Shown here: one piece after another, positions 24,402-31,563 of the stretch | Layout: the number at the start of each line of letters is the position of its first letter | How positions within the stretch are numbered: position 1 is the stretch's first letter | Assembly: GCA_003194425.1 (NCBI GenBank) | Contig: PQXB01000001.1 | Location: 1,030,444 to 1,062,443, forward strand | Length of the DNA stretch: 32,000 nt | Direction: 5' to 3' | From: Candidatus Methanophagaceae archaeon | GTDB lineage: Archaea; Halobacteriota; Syntropharchaeia; Alkanophagales; Methanospirareceae | Program-made: the position numbers and the translations under genes | The notes under the pieces: model-generated | What the model saw: only the letters and a program-made list of their open reading frames with translations | What the model was told of the DNA's origin: nothing | Database searches by the model: none

Positions 24402-24512
24402 CTCCTCAAACTACCCCAACCCTCGCCTTCACTCTGCCGAAGGTCGTTTTCATTTCAATTATCCTTATCTTCGTCCTCTTCGCTTTCATTTCCGTTTCTT
24501 CTGTTCTTTTTC

Positions 24513-24522
24513 AAATATAAAA
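24513..24522 (+). promoter_or_regulatory. TATA-like box upstream of the geranylgeranyl reductase gene
   Basis: AAATATAAAA is centred about 33 nt upstream of the ATG at 24551. No SD is present between them. Confidence 0.4.
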
Positions 24523-24550
24523 GGATTAGGGGTTTGTAAGGTTTTTTAGA

Positions 24551-25900
24551 ATGCTTAAGCTTAAGTACGATGTCGTCGTCGTAGGCGGCGGTCCGGCAGG
24601 CTGCATTGCAGCGAAATACGCAGCGAAGTCCGGGGCTTCTACACTGCTCCTCGAGGAGCATTCTGAAATCGGCGAGCCTGTTCAGTGCGCAGGACTTCTA
24701 AGCCGGAGGGCTGTGGAAGAGAGCGAACTGCGAGAGACTAAAGCCTTCGTGAACTGCGAGTTAAAGGGCGCGGTTCTTTACCCTCCCTCACACGCCCTCA
24801 CTCACGCCCTCGCCCCTGCCCCCTCCTCTGCCCCCTCCTCTGCCCCCTCCTCTGCTCACGCCTCTGCTCACGAACTGAGAATTGAGTCTCCTCCGTCGTC
24901 AGGGAAAAGGGCGTTCGCAGTGAGCAGGAGTGCGTTTGACAAGGAACTGGCGAGAGCGGCGCAGAAAGCGGGAGCGGAAATAATTCTAAAGACCAAAGTC
25001 AAGGCGGTGAAGAAGAAGGCAGGGGAGGCGGGGAAGGCGGGGCTAACGGTAAGCACGGCGGGAGAAGGGGAAATCGGGGCACGAGTCGTCGTCGGTGCGG
25101 ACGGCGTGAGGAGTGTTGTCGCAAAGACCGCGGGGGCGGGGCGGGAGGTCACAAAAAACTTTTTGACCTGCGTGCAAATTGAAGGAAAATACGAGGTAGA
25201 CGAGCCTTTTGCAGAGATTTTCGTGGGCAGAACCGTCGCACCGGGCTTCTTTGCCTGGGCAATTCCGCTCGGAGAAAGTTCTGGCACTGCCCGAATCGGG
25301 CTCTGCATTGACAGAAGGTTCTCACCCAGTCCCAGCCCTCTGCCGTTTTTAAAGAAACTTTTGTCAAACCACCCTGTCGTCGCCAAGAAATTCAACGGCA
25401 CCCGACTGAACCTTACCCGACTAAACCTTACGGCGGGGAGAATTCCCCTCGCTCTCCCTCGACCACAAACGACGGTAAAGACGGTAAAAGACGGCGGAGC
25501 AGGGGTGCTGCTGGTCGGGGACGCGGCAGCGCAAGTCAAGCCAGTTACAGGCGGAGGCGTCTACTACGGTCTGAAGTGCGGAAAAATTGCGGGGCAGACG
25601 GCGGCAAAGGCGTGCTTGAGCGGGGACGCGGAAGTGCTGCGGGAGTACGAAGAGCGGTGGCAGAAGGAAATCGGGCAGGAAATCGCGTTCGGGCTGAAAA
25701 TTCACAGGCTGAGGTGCGTGCTCAGCGACAGGGACTTTAACGCACTCTGCAAAGCAGTCTCAAAATACGACCTGACGCGGCTTTTAACAGACTACGGGGA
25801 CATTGACTACCCCTCGCTCGCGTTTCGTGAAGTCTTGAAAAATCCCGGAATCATCAAATTAATGGCGAAAAATGTCATAAAATATTTATATGCAAAATAA
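24551..25900 (+). CDS. Geranylgeranyl reductase family flavoprotein (digeranylgeranylglycerophospholipid reductase-like)
   Basis: Motifs seen are YDVVVVGGGPAGCIAAKYAAKSGASTLLLEE, PVQCAGLLS, VVGADGVRSVVA and LVGDAAAQVKPVTGGGVYYG. Two repeat-derived inserts are present. Confidence 0.8.
   Translation: MLKLKYDVVVVGGGPAGCIAAKYAAKSGASTLLLEEHSEIGEPVQCAGLLSRRAVEESELRETKAFVNCELKGAVLYPPSHALTHALAPAPSSAPSSAPSSAHASAHELRIESPPSSGKRAFAVSRSAFDKELARAAQKAGAEIILKTKVKAVKKKAGEAGKAGLTVSTAGEGEIGARVVVGADGVRSVVAKTAGAGREVTKNFLTCVQIEGKYEVDEPFAEIFVGRTVAPGFFAWAIPLGESSGTARIGLCIDRRFSPSPSPLPFLKKLLSNHPVVAKKFNGTRLNLTRLNLTAGRIPLALPRPQTTVKTVKDGGAGVLLVGDAAAQVKPVTGGGVYYGLKCGKIAGQTAAKACLSGDAEVLREYEERWQKEIGQEIAFGLKIHRLRCVLSDRDFNALCKAVSKYDLTRLLTDYGDIDYPSLAFREVLKNPGIIKLMAKNVIKYLYAK
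24791..24877 (+). repeat. Chain of 12-bp in-frame duplications inside the reductase gene
   Basis: CACGCCCTCACT and CACGCCCTCGCC occupy 24791-24814. GCCCCCTCCTCT occurs 3 times at 24818-24853. GCTCACGCCTCT and GCTCACGAACTG occupy 24854-24877. Together they encode HALTHALAPAPSSAPSSAPSSAHASAHE. A second locus at 25400-25429 is ACCCGACTGAACCTT x2 with 1 mismatch (TRLNLTRLNL). Confidence 0.9.
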
Positions 25901-25957
25901 AAATTGACTTGCAAAGAAAGGCAAATAAGATAAAAAAATAGAGGAGAAGGCTTGAAA

Positions 25958-26506
25958 ATGGCGAGGATGTACGCGAGGAGAAGGGGGAAATCAGGTTCTA
26001 ACCGCCCGTTTAACTTTAGCCAGAGGGCTGCGGCTCAAGTGGCACCTGAGTGGGCGGGCTTGGGCTTGACAGCGGAGGAAGTGGAGACGAGAGTGGTTGA
26101 CCTGTACAACCAAGGACGTTCGACGAGCGAAATCGGAATTACGCTGCGGGACAGCCACGGCGTGCCGAGCGTTGTAGTGCGGACAGGGAAGAAAATAACG
26201 AAGATTTTGAAGGAGCGGGGAGTTGTGCCTGGGTCTGCTGGGACTGGGACTGGGTCTGGGACTGGGTCTGGGTCTGGGACTGGGTCTGGGTCAGAACTAC
26301 CCGAGGACCTTCAGAATTTGATGCGAAAAGCGTTGAAAATACGGAGGCACCTTGAAGAGAACAGGAAAGATCTGCACAACAAAAGGGCGTTGCAGTTGGT
26401 GGAATCCAAGATTAGACGGCTTACGAAGTACTACACGAGGAAGAAAGTCATACCTGCAGAGTGGCGGTACAAACCGGGGGCTGCAGAATTTGTGATGATG
26501 CGGTGA
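25958..26506 (+). CDS. rps15: 30S ribosomal protein uS15 (S15P/S13e)
   Basis: The sequence is MARMYARRRGKSGSNRP...EEVETRVVDLYNQGRSTSEIGITLRDSHGVPSV...LPEDLQNLMRKALKIRRHLEENRKDLHNKRALQLVESKIRRLTKYY. A GAGGAG SD lies upstream. Confidence 0.85.
   Translation: MARMYARRRGKSGSNRPFNFSQRAAAQVAPEWAGLGLTAEEVETRVVDLYNQGRSTSEIGITLRDSHGVPSVVVRTGKKITKILKERGVVPGSAGTGTGSGTGSGSGTGSGSELPEDLQNLMRKALKIRRHLEENRKDLHNKRALQLVESKIRRLTKYYTRKKVIPAEWRYKPGAAEFVMMR
26231..26293 (+). repeat. GGGTCT/GGGACT hexamer run in-frame inside rps15
   Basis: It encodes GSAGTGTGSGTGSGSGTGSGS, inserted just before the conserved LPEDL motif. Confidence 0.85.
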
Positions 26507-26593
26507 AACGGGAAAAGGGAAACAGGAAAGGGGAAAGAGAGAAGAAAAGATGAACTTGGAAAATGAAGGCAGGAAAGAAGGAGGATTTTAACG

Positions 26594-26947
26594 GTGGGCA
26601 CGGTTAAACCGAGGTACATAAAAAGATTGGGACAGCAGTTGCTGAGGGACGTGCAGGCGTTCACGGACGACTTCGAGCTGAACAAGAAGTTAGTGACTGA
26701 GAACACGAACATTGAGAGCAAGGGCATAAGAAACCGAGTGGCGGGCTACATTACTCACAAGAAGAAGAGGACGCAGGAGGAAGCCGAAGAAGTTGAAGAA
26801 TTAGTAGTAGAGGCAGCAGCGGAAGTTGAAGAAACGAAAGAAGCCGAAGAAGTTGAGGTAGCAGCGGAAGTTGAAGAAACGAAGGAAGTAGAAGAAACGA
26901 AGGAAGTAGAAGAAGTTGAGGAGGAGGGGAAAGGAGGGGGGAGTTAA
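26594..26947 (+). CDS. rps17e: 30S ribosomal protein eS17 with a long acidic repeat tail
   Basis: GTG start. MGTVKPRYIKRLGQQLLRDVQAFTDDFELNKKLVTENTNIESKGIRNRVAGYITHKKKR is the conserved eS17 core. About 58 extra residues of E/V/A/K/T follow, built from 45-bp x2 (26816 and 26861) and 18-bp x2 (26874-26909) repeats. Confidence 0.8.
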   Translation: MGTVKPRYIKRLGQQLLRDVQAFTDDFELNKKLVTENTNIESKGIRNRVAGYITHKKKRTQEEAEEVEELVVEAAAEVEETKEAEEVEVAAEVEETKEVEETKEVEEVEEEGKGGGS

Positions 26948-26948
26948 A

Positions 26949-27860
26949 ATGTTAAAATTAGAATTAGAAGGTGTGTATCCGGCGCTGATAACACCGTTTA
27001 CGAGGGACGACGAGGTGGACGAGGAAGGTCTGAGGCGGCTCGTAGAGTTCGTGGTTGAAGGAGGTGTCGCAGGAATCGTCCCGTGTGGCACGACCGGGGA
27101 GTCCGCGACGCTTTCGCAGGAGGAGCACGAGCGTGTGATTGATGTTGTGGTGGACTGTTCGAGGGTACCGGTGATCGCAGGCACGGGCTCGAACAACACG
27201 AAGGAGGCGGTAGAGTTCTCGAAGTACGCGGAGGACGCGGGTGCTGACGCGTGCCTCTTGATTACGCCGTACTACAACAAGCCAAATGTGCGGGGATTGA
27301 AGGAGCATTTCAAGAGGATTGGGGACGCGGTGGAGCTGCCGTTAATTTTGTACAACATTCCCTCGAGGACGGGTCAAAATGTGAGTGCAGGGACGATGCT
27401 GGAGCTTGCGGCTGAGGTGGAGGGAATAAAGGGCGTGAAGGAGGCGTCTGGGGATTTGAAGCAGGTGGGTGCGATTTTAAGCGAGGTCGCGGAGCAGGGT
27501 TTGGATTTTACGGTTCTCGCAGGCGACGATTTTCTTACGCTTCCGATAATGAGTCTTGGCGGTAAGGGCGTGATTTCGGTGGCTGCGAATGTCGTGCCGC
27601 GGGAGATGTGCGAGATGGTGGACGCGGTGTTGAGCGGGGCGGCGGAGAAGGCGAGGGAGATTAATGTTAGGCTGTTCTCGTTGTTTGAGGCGATGTTTCT
27701 GGAGACGAATCCGATACCGGTGAAGAAGGCGGCGGAGATGCTGGGTTTGGTGGCGGCAGGGGCTGTTAGGCTTCCGTTGGGTAAGTTGAGTGAGGGGAAC
27801 AGGGCGAAGTTGAGGGAGGTGCTGGAGGGGTTGGGGAAGATGAGGGGTTGGGGAAGATAA
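26949..27860 (+). CDS. dapA: 4-hydroxy-tetrahydrodipicolinate synthase
   Basis: Motifs seen are GVYPALITPFTRDDEVDEEGL, IVPCGTTGESATLSQEEH, ITPYYNKP, ILYNIPSRTG and GVKEASGD. Confidence 0.85.
   Translation: MLKLELEGVYPALITPFTRDDEVDEEGLRRLVEFVVEGGVAGIVPCGTTGESATLSQEEHERVIDVVVDCSRVPVIAGTGSNNTKEAVEFSKYAEDAGADACLLITPYYNKPNVRGLKEHFKRIGDAVELPLILYNIPSRTGQNVSAGTMLELAAEVEGIKGVKEASGDLKQVGAILSEVAEQGLDFTVLAGDDFLTLPIMSLGGKGVISVAANVVPREMCEMVDAVLSGAAEKAREINVRLFSLFEAMFLETNPIPVKKAAEMLGLVAAGAVRLPLGKLSEGNRAKLREVLEGLGKMRGWGR
27825..27858 (+). repeat. Perfect 17-bp x2 tandem duplication forming the dapA 3' end and stop codon
   Basis: GAGGGGTTGGGGAAGAT occurs at 27825-27841 and again at 27842-27858. Copy 1 reads EGLGK, copy 2 is read frame-shifted as RGWGR, and the TAA at 27858-27860 starts in the last base of copy 2. 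Confidence 0.9.
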
Positions 27861-28109
27861 GGGGGATATAAAATTTTTGGTAGTGCTTAAGCGACTTGGA
27901 TTCTGCGAGTGTTGCCGGCATTGTCGCACCGGTCGCACCGGCGAAGGACGGTGTGTCTTCTCGGTGATTTATAAAACGCATTTAGGTCTTCCTAGCCTGA
28001 AGGGCAGGGGCAAAAATTCCTTGCGAGAAAAAGAGCGTTCGTTACTTTTAACTGATAAAATATTTTAGATTTTTGCTGCGGAGGGTAGGGTAGAAGCGGG
28101 AAGAAGGGG

Positions 28110-29009
28110 ATGAGAAAGAGTCCTTATCACAAATACGCTTTGCTGGACAACCCGTTTAGGTTTGAGGCAGGAGGGTTTGAGGCAGGACAGAGGGAGGGGC
28201 TAAATCTGCTGAATGTTAAGCAAGAGGAGGACTACGAGTTAGAGGACGCTTTTTTTGACACTTTAGAGAAGAATCGTAAGACGATTTTACAGATTCTGGG
28301 ACAGGAGGGAGCGGGAAAGACAGAGCGGTTGCTTTTGCTGGTCGAGAGGGCGAAGGAAGAGGCGGCGAGCTGCTGCTACCTAAACGCGGGAGGGAAAGGG
28401 GGTTTTGTTCTTGTCGCTGAAATCTTGGACGCACTGTCAAAGCCAAAGTTCAGGTCTAAGAGAAAGCGTTTTGGAATATTCACGCCGGGTTGGCTGCGGG
28501 AATTGAGAGGCGTGAGACGGTGGTTTTTAGCCGACGGCGAGGACGAGAAGAAGATAGGAGAGGGCAGGGTAAGTGCGGCGATTGCGGGTGCGTTGAACGA
28601 GTCTTCGCCGAGTTTTCTGCTGCTCGACGATTTTGAGGCGGGCATTGATCTTCGCGTAGTGCGGTTGCTGCAGGCGGTCTTTGAGAAGGTGGTTAGAGGC
28701 GTACTGATCGCAATCGCGGCAGAGAGCGGGCACGGGCAGAGCTGGATTGCGAAGAAGGTAGAGCTCAGGGGGTTTAACGAGAGGGAGGCGGAGTTGTGTG
28801 TTGCGAAGCGGCTCTTGGCTGAACGAACGGTCTCAGAAAAACTTGACCCGCTCTACCCTTTCACTCCAGCGGCGGTTCGCAAGGTGAACGAGTCGGTGAG
28901 AGGGAATCCAAAGCGGCTTCTTGAGGCGTTGGCGGTGATTCTTGACGCCGGCGTTGCGAGGCGAGCAGAAATTATCGACGAGGAGTTCGTGCTTCGTACA
29001 AACTTTTGA
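28110..29009 (+). CDS. P-loop AAA+ ATPase (AAA_22 / ExeA / Orc1-Cdc6-like core without a winged-helix domain); function unknown
   Basis: The N-terminus is YALLDNPF. Walker A is GQEGAGKT and Walker B is FLLLDDFE. The sensor-2-like region is RGNPKRLLEALAVILDAG. The protein is 299 aa with no recognisable DNA-binding C-terminus. A 15-bp x2 duplication at 28161-28190 encodes FEAGGFEAGQ. Confidence 0.55.
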   Translation: MRKSPYHKYALLDNPFRFEAGGFEAGQREGLNLLNVKQEEDYELEDAFFDTLEKNRKTILQILGQEGAGKTERLLLLVERAKEEAASCCYLNAGGKGGFVLVAEILDALSKPKFRSKRKRFGIFTPGWLRELRGVRRWFLADGEDEKKIGEGRVSAAIAGALNESSPSFLLLDDFEAGIDLRVVRLLQAVFEKVVRGVLIAIAAESGHGQSWIAKKVELRGFNEREAELCVAKRLLAERTVSEKLDPLYPFTPAAVRKVNESVRGNPKRLLEALAVILDAGVARRAEIIDEEFVLRTNF

Positions 29010-29146
29010 GAAAAGTTTGACCAAAAAGGCTTCGCAGAAACTATCCTTTGTAATCTCTGCGTCTTTCGTTCCAAAGCCTCTGCCTTTAACCGAGTTCAAT
29101 AATTCCTCTTCATTAAACTTAAATACGCACAAGCCGTTGTAAAAAT

Positions 29147-30436
29147 ATGACCTCCGCAACGATAAAATGGCTGAAGGGAAGGGAGATTTTGGACTCGCGT
29201 GGAAATCCGACCGTTGAGGTAGAGGTGCGAACAGAGAGCGGTTTTGGCAGGGCGAGCGTGCCTTCTGGTGCGTCCACGGGAAGCAAAGAGGCGTGGGAGA
29301 AGCGAGACGGCGAGAAAAATCGGTTCGGCGGCAAAGGAGTTCTTAAAGCCGTTGAAATCGTGAACACGGTGGTAAGAGAAGAATTGTTGGGGCGGAACGC
29401 TCTCGAGCAGCGGGAAATCGACGACATTTTAATCGCACTCGACGGGACCGAGAACAAGGAGCGGTTGGGGGCGAACGCTCTTCTCGGGACTTCGATGGCG
29501 GTCTGCAAGGCGGCTGCGGACTCGCTAAAAAAACCGCTCTTTAAATATCTTCGCGAGGAGGTTGTCAAAATGAAATCACAATTTGAACTCCCGACGCCGA
29601 TGATGAATGTGATAAACGGCGGTAAGCACGCTGGCAACGAGCTGAGCATTCAGGAGTTTCTTATTCTGCCCCTAGGTTTTGAGCGGTTCAGCGAGAAGTT
29701 GAGGTTCAGCGAGAAGTTGAGAGCAGGCGTCGAGACCTACCACGCTCTTAAAAAGGTCTTGGAGCGGAAGCCGAGGTACGGGAAGGCAGCCACGAATGTC
29801 GGGGACGAGGGTGGCTACGCACCGCAAATGCGTGAGACGACGGAGGCACTCGAGGCGGTTGTAGAGGCAGTAAGCGAGGCAGGTTACTCGGAAACCGAAA
29901 TACGGCTCGGCGTTGACGCTGCGGCTTCGAGCTTCTTTGACCTCGAGACGCGGAAATACAAAATTGACGGCGTCGAGAAGGACGGCTCTGAACTGATTGA
30001 TTTTTACGAGGGGCTTGTGGAAAAATACCCGTTAGAACTGCTGGAGGACCCGTTTGAGGAGGACTCGTTCGGGCTGTTCGCGGAACTGACGGCTAAAACC
30101 AAGATGCAGCGGAAAATAATCGTCGGCGACGACCTCTTCGTCACAAATGTCAAGCGACTTCGGGAGGGCGTAAAAAAGAAGGCGGCGAACGCGGTTCTCC
30201 TGAAGTTGAACCAAATTGGCACTGTCTCGGAGACGCTGGAGACTGTTAGGTTGGCGGGAGAGAGCGGGTACAAGAAGGTCGTCAGCCACAGGTCTGGCGA
30301 GACCGAAGACACTTTCATCGCGGATTTCGCGGTCGCGATAAACGCGGAGATAATAAAAACCGGCGCCCCTGCAAGAAGCGAGCGAACCTGCAAATACAAC
30401 CAACTGCTGCGGATTGAGGAGGCGTTGACTGAGTAG
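29147..30436 (+). CDS. eno: Enolase (phosphopyruvate hydratase)
   Basis: Motifs seen are GREILDSRGNPTVEVEV, ASVPSGASTGSKEA, NVINGGKHAGN, GDEGGYAP, IVGDDLFVTN, LLKLNQIGTVSE and SHRSGETED. Confidence 0.9.
   Translation: MTSATIKWLKGREILDSRGNPTVEVEVRTESGFGRASVPSGASTGSKEAWEKRDGEKNRFGGKGVLKAVEIVNTVVREELLGRNALEQREIDDILIALDGTENKERLGANALLGTSMAVCKAAADSLKKPLFKYLREEVVKMKSQFELPTPMMNVINGGKHAGNELSIQEFLILPLGFERFSEKLRFSEKLRAGVETYHALKKVLERKPRYGKAATNVGDEGGYAPQMRETTEALEAVVEAVSEAGYSETEIRLGVDAAASSFFDLETRKYKIDGVEKDGSELIDFYEGLVEKYPLELLEDPFEEDSFGLFAELTAKTKMQRKIIVGDDLFVTNVKRLREGVKKKAANAVLLKLNQIGTVSETLETVRLAGESGYKKVVSHRSGETEDTFIADFAVAINAEIIKTGAPARSERTCKYNQLLRIEEALTE
29685..29720 (+). repeat. Perfect 18-bp x2 in-frame duplication inside eno
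   Basis: GGTTCAGCGAGAAGTTGA occurs at 29685-29702 and again at 29703-29720. It encodes (R)FSEKL(R)FSEKL. Confidence 0.9.
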
Positions 30437-30492
30437 AGACAGAGAAGTTGAGACAGAGAAGTTGAGACAGAGAAGTTGAGACAGAGAAGTTG
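30437..30492 (+). repeat. Perfect 14-bp x4 tandem repeat starting at the base after the eno stop codon
   Basis: AGACAGAGAAGTTG occurs at 30437, 30451, 30465 and 30479. The eno TAG is at 30434-30436. Confidence 0.95.
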
Positions 30493-30518
30493 ATGGAGTA
30501 GAAACAGGGACAAGGAGA

Positions 30519-31550
30519 ATGCCCGCGTCCGCGTCCGTGTCAGTCGTAATTTGCACGCACCGAAGCGAGAGGTTTGGGGATTTTTTAGAGGCGGTAGAGA
30601 GCCTGAAAGCCCAATCTTTCACCACTTGCGGCGACTACGTGAACCTTGACCTTGAAATCGTCGTGGTCGTGGACGGGAACAGGGAGTTGTTTGAGCGGAT
30701 TTTAAAAGCTGGAGTTGTGGGACAGGAGCAGGGGGTAAAAACGATTTTGAACGAGCAGAATTTGGGTCTTTCAGAAAGCAGGAACAGGGGCATAAAAGAG
30801 GCGAAAGGAGATGTAATTGCGTTCTTCGACGACGACGCGGTTGCGGACAAGAAATGGCTGCGGGAGTTGCTGAGGGCGTACAGTGAGGGGGAAGAAGAGG
30901 TGGGAAGAGTAGCGAAGTTGAGCGGTGCGATCGCGGCAGGTGGAAAAATCCTGCCGATGTGGATTTCAAACTCAAATACAAAGACAAAGTCAGGGAGGCC
31001 GAAATTTCTGCCAGAGGAGTTTTACTGGCTGCTCGGGGTGACGCACAAGGGGTTTGCCGAGAGCGAAGGTTCCGGGGGGCTGGTAGAGGTGCGGAACACC
31101 TTCGGGTCGAACCTCAGTTTCAAAGCAGAGGTCTTGAGGGCGTTGGGCGGGTTCAGGACGGAAATGGGCGTGAAAGGGCGGAGAGGGCTTTTGCAGGGCG
31201 AGGAGACAGAGCTGTGCGAGCGAATGCGGGAACGGTTCGGACAGGGCGTCGTTTACAACCCTGCGGCAGTTGTTTACCACAAAATCTACCCAGAGCGGTT
31301 GAAACTGCGGTTTCTCTTGCGGCGAGCTTTCTGGCAGGGCTACTCAAAACGAATGATGAAAGAGGCGGGCTCTTCGGTGAGCGAGGAGGAGAAGTTTGTG
31401 CGGGTTTTGTTTGGTGGCGTCGTTGAGAGGCTAAAAGCGAAGTCGTTGGTCGCGTTCGGGCAGTTGGCGGTTCTGCTGCTTCTTACTTCTGCTGTGGGCT
31501 TGGGGTATTTTTTTAAATTTTTTAAAGGCAAAAAAATCATAAAAAAGTAA
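30519..31550 (+). CDS. Glycosyltransferase family 2 with a C-terminal membrane anchor
   Basis: Motifs seen are VSVVICTHRSERFGDFLEAVESL, VVVDGN, LGLSESRNRGIKEAKGDVIAFFDDDAVAD and a C-terminal hydrophobic helix LAVLLLLTSAVGLGYFF. Confidence 0.75.
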   Translation: MPASASVSVVICTHRSERFGDFLEAVESLKAQSFTTCGDYVNLDLEIVVVVDGNRELFERILKAGVVGQEQGVKTILNEQNLGLSESRNRGIKEAKGDVIAFFDDDAVADKKWLRELLRAYSEGEEEVGRVAKLSGAIAAGGKILPMWISNSNTKTKSGRPKFLPEEFYWLLGVTHKGFAESEGSGGLVEVRNTFGSNLSFKAEVLRALGGFRTEMGVKGRRGLLQGEETELCERMRERFGQGVVYNPAAVVYHKIYPERLKLRFLLRRAFWQGYSKRMMKEAGSSVSEEEKFVRVLFGGVVERLKAKSLVAFGQLAVLLLLTSAVGLGYFFKFFKGKKIIKK

Positions 31551-31563
31551 AAAAGCATAAAAA

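Noticed and set aside
23998-24549. 183-aa plus-strand ORF antisense to rpl24
   Set aside because: The opposite strand encodes an unmistakable uL24 with a KOW motif. The plus-strand ORF begins within the G-rich repeat and is low-complexity.
27961-28058. Possible C/D-box sRNA (GGTGATT ... CTGA ... CTGA)
   Set aside because: The C box deviates from RUGAUGA and no convincing C' box is present. The span of about 95 nt is too long for typical archaeal C/D sRNAs, and no terminal stem is visible.
27877-28068. 63-aa Cys-rich small ORF (CECCRHC) in the dapA-AAA+ spacer
   Set aside because: It has a TTG start with no SD. The nearest TATA-like box would place the transcription start downstream of the start codon. 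Part of the ORF is a 9-bp tandem duplication. It cannot be supported as coding without expression or conservation data.
27861-28109. Replication origin next to the Cdc6-like ATPase
   Set aside because: I saw no ORB or mini-ORB inverted repeats and no extended AT-rich unwinding element. The adjacent ATPase lacks the winged-helix domain needed for origin binding.
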